Positions 60,001 through 64,000 of a DNA stretch of 64,000 nt are shown here, one piece after another. Within the stretch, counting starts at the first letter, position 1; each line of letters opens with the position of its first letter. The DNA is from Desulfatiglandales bacterium (GTDB lineage: Bacteria > Desulfobacterota > DSM-4660 > Desulfatiglandales > Desulfatiglandaceae), in the NCBI GenBank assembly GCA_963662465.1, contig OY759599.1, positions 7,712,001 through 7,776,000 of the forward strand, read 5' to 3'. The notes beneath the pieces were generated by a model. It was not told the DNA's origin and searched no databases. It was given only the letters and a program-made list of their open reading frames with translations. The position numbers and the translations under genes were made by a program.

Positions 60001-61296
60001 ATGGAACTAAGCTATCTTGTTATCTTGCTTATCCTCCTCGGGTGTATGGCCGCGACGGTGCCGGTCTTTATGTGCCTCTTTTTTACCTCGGTCATGGGTT
60101 TTGTTCTTTTTACCGACTTGCCTGTCCTTGCGCTTGCTCAAAGCCTCTTTCGGAGTATGGATAAATTTGCCCTTGTGGTGGTTCTCTATTTCATACTTTG
60201 CGGCAATATTATGACAGCCGGGACCATTGTGGACAAACTCATCAAGGTGGCCAATGTGCTGGTCAGTTGGCTGCCCGGCGGACTGGGCATGGCGGGCGTC
60301 ATTGCCTGCGGCCTGTTCGGCGCCATATCCGGTTCTACCGTGGCCACGGTGGTCGCGCTGGGTGGTTTTATGATTCCCGCGCTCATGGAGAACGGGTACA
60401 ATGAAAAATATACGCTCGGCCTCATGACGACCTCCCCTAACCTGGGGGTGATTATCCCTCCCAGCATTGGGATGATACTCTATTGTATGATCAGTAATGT
60501 GTCTTTGGAGGGTCTCTTTTTGACCGGATTTGTACCCGGGTTTTTAATTATTGTCATAACGTGTATTTATTCCTATTTTTACTACCGAAAGAGAACCGAC
60601 TTTGTACGTATGCCCGTTCCCGACATGAAGCAGGTTCTTTCCGTCCTCAAAGAAGGATCCTGGTCCCTGATGTTGCCGGTGATTATTTTCGGCGGGATTT
60701 TTTCGGGCGCCTTCACCGCCAACGAAGCGGCGGTTGTGGCATGTGTGTTTGCCTTTGTGGTGGAACTCTTTATTCATAAATCCATTAAACTTCGAGATGT
60801 GAAAAGAATAACCGTCAGCTCCGCCGTCACTTCCGCGACCCTGTTAATCATTGTCGCGGGCGCAACCTGCTTTGGCCGTTATCTGACTTTGGAGTCCATT
60901 CCCAGCAAGATCACCGAGGCCGTTCTGTCCAGTATTCAATCTCCCATATTGTTTCTGGCGGTTCTGAATGTCCTGTTGCTGATTGTCGGCATGTTCATGG
61001 ATATTATTTCGGCGACCCTTATTCTGGGACCGGTGTTTTTGCCCATGCTTGACGCGTTCGGCATTAATCCCATGCATTTTGGATTGATATTGACCGTTAA
61101 CCTTGCCATTGGCTATTGTACGCCGCCCATGGGGGTCAGTTTGTACATCACGGGGTCCATTGCCAATCGAGATCTGGTTTATGTTTCAAAAGCGGTGATG
61201 CCGTTTTTGGCCATACAGATCGGGGTGTTGATTTTGATGACCTACTGGCCGGAACTTGTATTGTGGTTGCCCGGAAAATTCGGTTACTTGAATTGA
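60001..61296 (+). CDS. dctM: TRAP transporter large permease
   Basis: FGAISGS, IIPPS, FTANEAA, TPPMG. Confidence 0.93.
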   Translation: MELSYLVILLILLGCMAATVPVFMCLFFTSVMGFVLFTDLPVLALAQSLFRSMDKFALVVVLYFILCGNIMTAGTIVDKLIKVANVLVSWLPGGLGMAGVIACGLFGAISGSTVATVVALGGFMIPALMENGYNEKYTLGLMTTSPNLGVIIPPSIGMILYCMISNVSLEGLFLTGFVPGFLIIVITCIYSYFYYRKRTDFVRMPVPDMKQVLSVLKEGSWSLMLPVIIFGGIFSGAFTANEAAVVACVFAFVVELFIHKSIKLRDVKRITVSSAVTSATLLIIVAGATCFGRYLTLESIPSKITEAVLSSIQSPILFLAVLNVLLLIVGMFMDIISATLILGPVFLPMLDAFGINPMHFGLILTVNLAIGYCTPPMGVSLYITGSIANRDLVYVSKAVMPFLAIQIGVLILMTYWPELVLWLPGKFGYLN

Positions 61297-61384
61297 CGGT
61301 TTGCGGGATAAATAATGTTATTTTAAAAAAGTTTTTATCTTGGTATCTTAATTTGCGAAAGATTTTTAGAAGGAGAACAAACGG

Positions 61385-62965
61385 ATGAATTACGCCAAGT
61401 ATGCTACGCTTCACGCTCGTCATCAGCCTGACAAGGAATGTCTTGTTGAACGGACGCCTTCCTTGAATCAGAGAAGGTCTCTTACATGGAGACAGTTCAA
61501 CGATGAGATCAATCGAGTGGCCAACTATCTCTCAAAGGAATTGGACATCAAGTTTGGCGACTATGTTATGCATTTGCAGAATAATTCCCTGGAATGGTTG
61601 ATTACCTATTATGGCATTATTAAGCTCGGCGCCGTGGTGGTTCCACTGAATTTCAGGTTTATGGAGTCTGATATCCTTTATGCCGCGGAGGTGTGTGACC
61701 CTAAGGTTTTTATCATTGGTTCGGAATTTCTTCCGGTGGTGCAGCCCGCTCAGAAAGATCTGACCACCGTTGAAAAATATATTTGCGTAGGCCCCGAAGT
61801 TCCCGATGATATGATTAATTTTAAAACCATCGAAGCCTACGACGACATTTCCGAGGCCTTGGTGGATGTGGACGATCAGCATGACTTGGCCATGATGTTT
61901 ACTTCCGGCACTACGGGAAAACCTAAACCCGTGCTGCATACCCACTATTCCCTGAACAATACGGCCATTGGAAATGGGATGAGCTATTTTGTGAAAAAAA
62001 ATGACAACTATGTTTTCTTCCTTCCCCTTTACCATAGCGGCACCATGTTTTTGTGGGCGCCCTTCTATGCCACGGGGGCAAAGGGAACCATTCTGCGTGA
62101 GTTTACCGATCCTAAATGGATTATGGAAGCGCTGGCGGAAGAGAAGGGGACGGATATTCTCTTCGTGGTGCCCATCGCCGTTGCCATTTTGAATGCCCTC
62201 AAGGATGGGAAATTGAAACTTGAAAACTATGATCTTTCAGCCTGGCGTCATATGGAGATCGGCGCTCAGCCCGTTCCCTATGATGTGATGAAGAAGCTGG
62301 TGGAAACCCTTCCCGTTGCCGTATCCAATATTTATGGCATTACCGAAGGCGGCGGCGGCGGTCTCTTCAATCTGTATCCGGATGATGTGTTGCGCAAACC
62401 GGGGTCCATTGGAAAACCCACTTTCGGCGTTGAGGGGAAGATTGTTGATTACCACGGAAAGGAACTGCCCCCTGGAGAAGTGGGGGAACTGGTTTTTTCC
62501 ACCCGCAGAATGATGAAGGGGTATTTTAAAAATGAGGAAATGACCCGGGATACCCTCAAGGATGGGTGGCTCTATACTGGAGATCTGTTGCAAACCGATG
62601 AAGAAGGCTTTTTTTACATTGTCGACCGGAAAAAGGACATGATTACCAGCGGGGGTGAAAACATCTTTCCCGTGGAAATCGAAGATGCCCTGATGGAACA
62701 TCCGAAAATCGATGATGTGGCCTGTATCGGCCATCCCGATGAACGCCTCGTTGAGGTTGTGATGGCCATTGTTCAGCTGAAAGCTGGGGAAACCATGACG
62801 GAAGAGGAGGTGCTGGCCTTTGGTAAAACCAAGCTGGCCAAGTATAAACTTCCCAGAAAAATACTTTTTGATAAAGTCATGCGGAATCCCACCGGAAAAT
62901 TGATGAAGCCTCAGATGCGCGAAAAATATACCGGCAGAAGAGAGGCTTTTCAGAAATTAGCATAG
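61385..62965 (+). CDS. AMP-dependent acyl-CoA synthetase
   Basis: FTSGTTGKPK, YGITE, TGDL, DRKKDMI, TGK. Confidence 0.93.
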   Translation: MNYAKYATLHARHQPDKECLVERTPSLNQRRSLTWRQFNDEINRVANYLSKELDIKFGDYVMHLQNNSLEWLITYYGIIKLGAVVVPLNFRFMESDILYAAEVCDPKVFIIGSEFLPVVQPAQKDLTTVEKYICVGPEVPDDMINFKTIEAYDDISEALVDVDDQHDLAMMFTSGTTGKPKPVLHTHYSLNNTAIGNGMSYFVKKNDNYVFFLPLYHSGTMFLWAPFYATGAKGTILREFTDPKWIMEALAEEKGTDILFVVPIAVAILNALKDGKLKLENYDLSAWRHMEIGAQPVPYDVMKKLVETLPVAVSNIYGITEGGGGGLFNLYPDDVLRKPGSIGKPTFGVEGKIVDYHGKELPPGEVGELVFSTRRMMKGYFKNEEMTRDTLKDGWLYTGDLLQTDEEGFFYIVDRKKDMITSGGENIFPVEIEDALMEHPKIDDVACIGHPDERLVEVVMAIVQLKAGETMTEEEVLAFGKTKLAKYKLPRKILFDKVMRNPTGKLMKPQMREKYTGRREAFQKLA

Positions 62966-62983
62966 GGCTTTTCAACCAGGATT

Positions 62984-63019
62984 AAAAAAAGAGGCGGCAT
63001 TTTGCCGCCTCTTTTTTTT
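62984..63019 (+). terminator. Rho-independent terminator
   Basis: A7-gaggcggca-ttt-tgccgcctc-T8. Confidence 0.88.
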
Positions 63020-63044
63020 CGATGTGTATCGAGGGGAGTTTTTT

Positions 63045-64000
63045 ATGATGGACCCAAAATACGGCATTTGCGGTATCTGTTTTCACAGCCCCGGTTGTGG
63101 CGTCATCGTTCATTTTGATGAAGATCATAAAATCGAGCGGCTGGAACCGGACCCGGGTGCGCCGATGGGCAATATCCTTTGCCCCATTGCAAACAGCGTT
63201 AAAGAAATAATTTATGGCGATGCCCGGTTAACCCACCCTTTAAGACGGGTAGGGCCGAAGGGAACCCATAATTTCGAAAAAATTTCATGGGATGAGGCGT
63301 TTGAGGTTATTGTCCATAGGCTGAATGATTTGAAAGAAAAATTTGGACCTGAAACCGTCGGTTTTTATGCCGGCACCGGTTCCTATGAAAGGTCATTTAA
63401 AGATGTTTTTCAATTAAAAGGTTCGGAGATCTATCTGGCTTCCAGCGTGTTGTTTCCTTTTGGTTCCCCCAACACCTTCGGCGTCGGCGCCCCGTGTTTT
63501 ACTTCTTTAGGCGTTATTGCACCCAAACTGACCATGGGATGTGTGCAGTACGATATGTTTTCGGATGTGGATAATGCGGAATTGATTGTCGTATGGGGTA
63601 CCGACCCTTCTACTTCGACGCCGCCTGCGATGTTTGAACGGTTGAAGGCGGCATCGGAGGAAGGCGCCGACATTATTGTGATCGATCCCAGAAAAACCAA
63701 AACCGCAGAGCTGGAAGGGAGCGACTGGATTCCCATCAGGCCGGGGTCGGATGGCGCCCTGGCGTTGGGTTTGGCCCATATCCTCATTCGGGATAACCTT
63801 TATGACAAAGACTTCGTGAAGGACTGGACCATTGGTTTTGATGAGTTTGCCGCCTATGTAAAGGCCTTTACCCCTGAATATGTATCGGCCGTAACGGGTA
63901 TTGAAGCGCGTAAAATTGAATATCTGGCGGAAAGTATCGTTGATGCGGAAGGTGCTTCCTATGTCATGTATACGGGACTTGAATATACGAAAAGCGGTGT
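63045..64000 (+). CDS. Molybdopterin-dependent oxidoreductase, N-terminal part (runs off window)
   Basis: Own translation MMDPKYGICGICFHSPGCG...LCP...RLTHPLRRVG...ISWDEA...IRPGSDGALALG; not in ORF track because no stop in window. Confidence 0.88.
   Translation, partial: MMDPKYGICGICFHSPGCGVIVHFDEDHKIERLEPDPGAPMGNILCPIANSVKEIIYGDARLTHPLRRVGPKGTHNFEKISWDEAFEVIVHRLNDLKEKFGPETVGFYAGTGSYERSFKDVFQLKGSEIYLASSVLFPFGSPNTFGVGAPCFTSLGVIAPKLTMGCVQYDMFSDVDNAELIVVWGTDPSTSTPPAMFERLKAASEEGADIIVIDPRKTKTAELEGSDWIPIRPGSDGALALGLAHILIRDNLYDKDFVKDWTIGFDEFAAYVKAFTPEYVSAVTGIEARKIEYLAESIVDAEGASYVMYTGLEYTKSG

Overview
The window looks like a deltaproteobacterial (Desulfobacterota-like) chromosome segment; this is inferred from gene content (atpF'-atpF-HAGDC without atpB/E, TRAP transporter, acyl-CoA ligase, molybdopterin oxidoreductase). 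It has three parts. (1) 1-10.7 kb is a decaying accessory zone with two large secreted proteins sharing a C-terminal domain, a Phd antitoxin beside an internally deleted VapC, a frameshifted manA, a REP pair and a frameshifted DUF1640 gene. (2) 10771-34728 is a ~24 kb element integrated in the 3' end of tRNA-Arg(ACG), bounded by a 71-bp direct repeat with arm-type sites. It encodes a tyrosine integrase, HTH/Xis-like proteins, an AEP primase, a split Zn-finger/DUF3987 helicase with iterons, a conserved zinc-ribbon protein, a HigB/HigA-like pair plus DUF3467, a group II intron remnant and a four-gene DUF499-DUF3780-DUF1156-PLD/SNF2 restriction-like defence operon. No capsid, terminase, relaxase or T4SS gene was recognised. 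(3) 34.8-64 kb is intact housekeeping sequence. The most unusual feature is a ~2 kb non-coding array inside the element (16677-18640) of about a dozen variable hairpins, most framed by CATC(A/G)G on the left and an AAT(T/C)T-like motif on the right, with recurring loop motifs; my best guess is a battery of ssDNA priming signals or a structured RNA array. The second is a TA operon that has toxin-antitoxin-chaperone architecture but DUF3467 where SecB would be. All family calls come from reading motifs by eye; no database searches were run.
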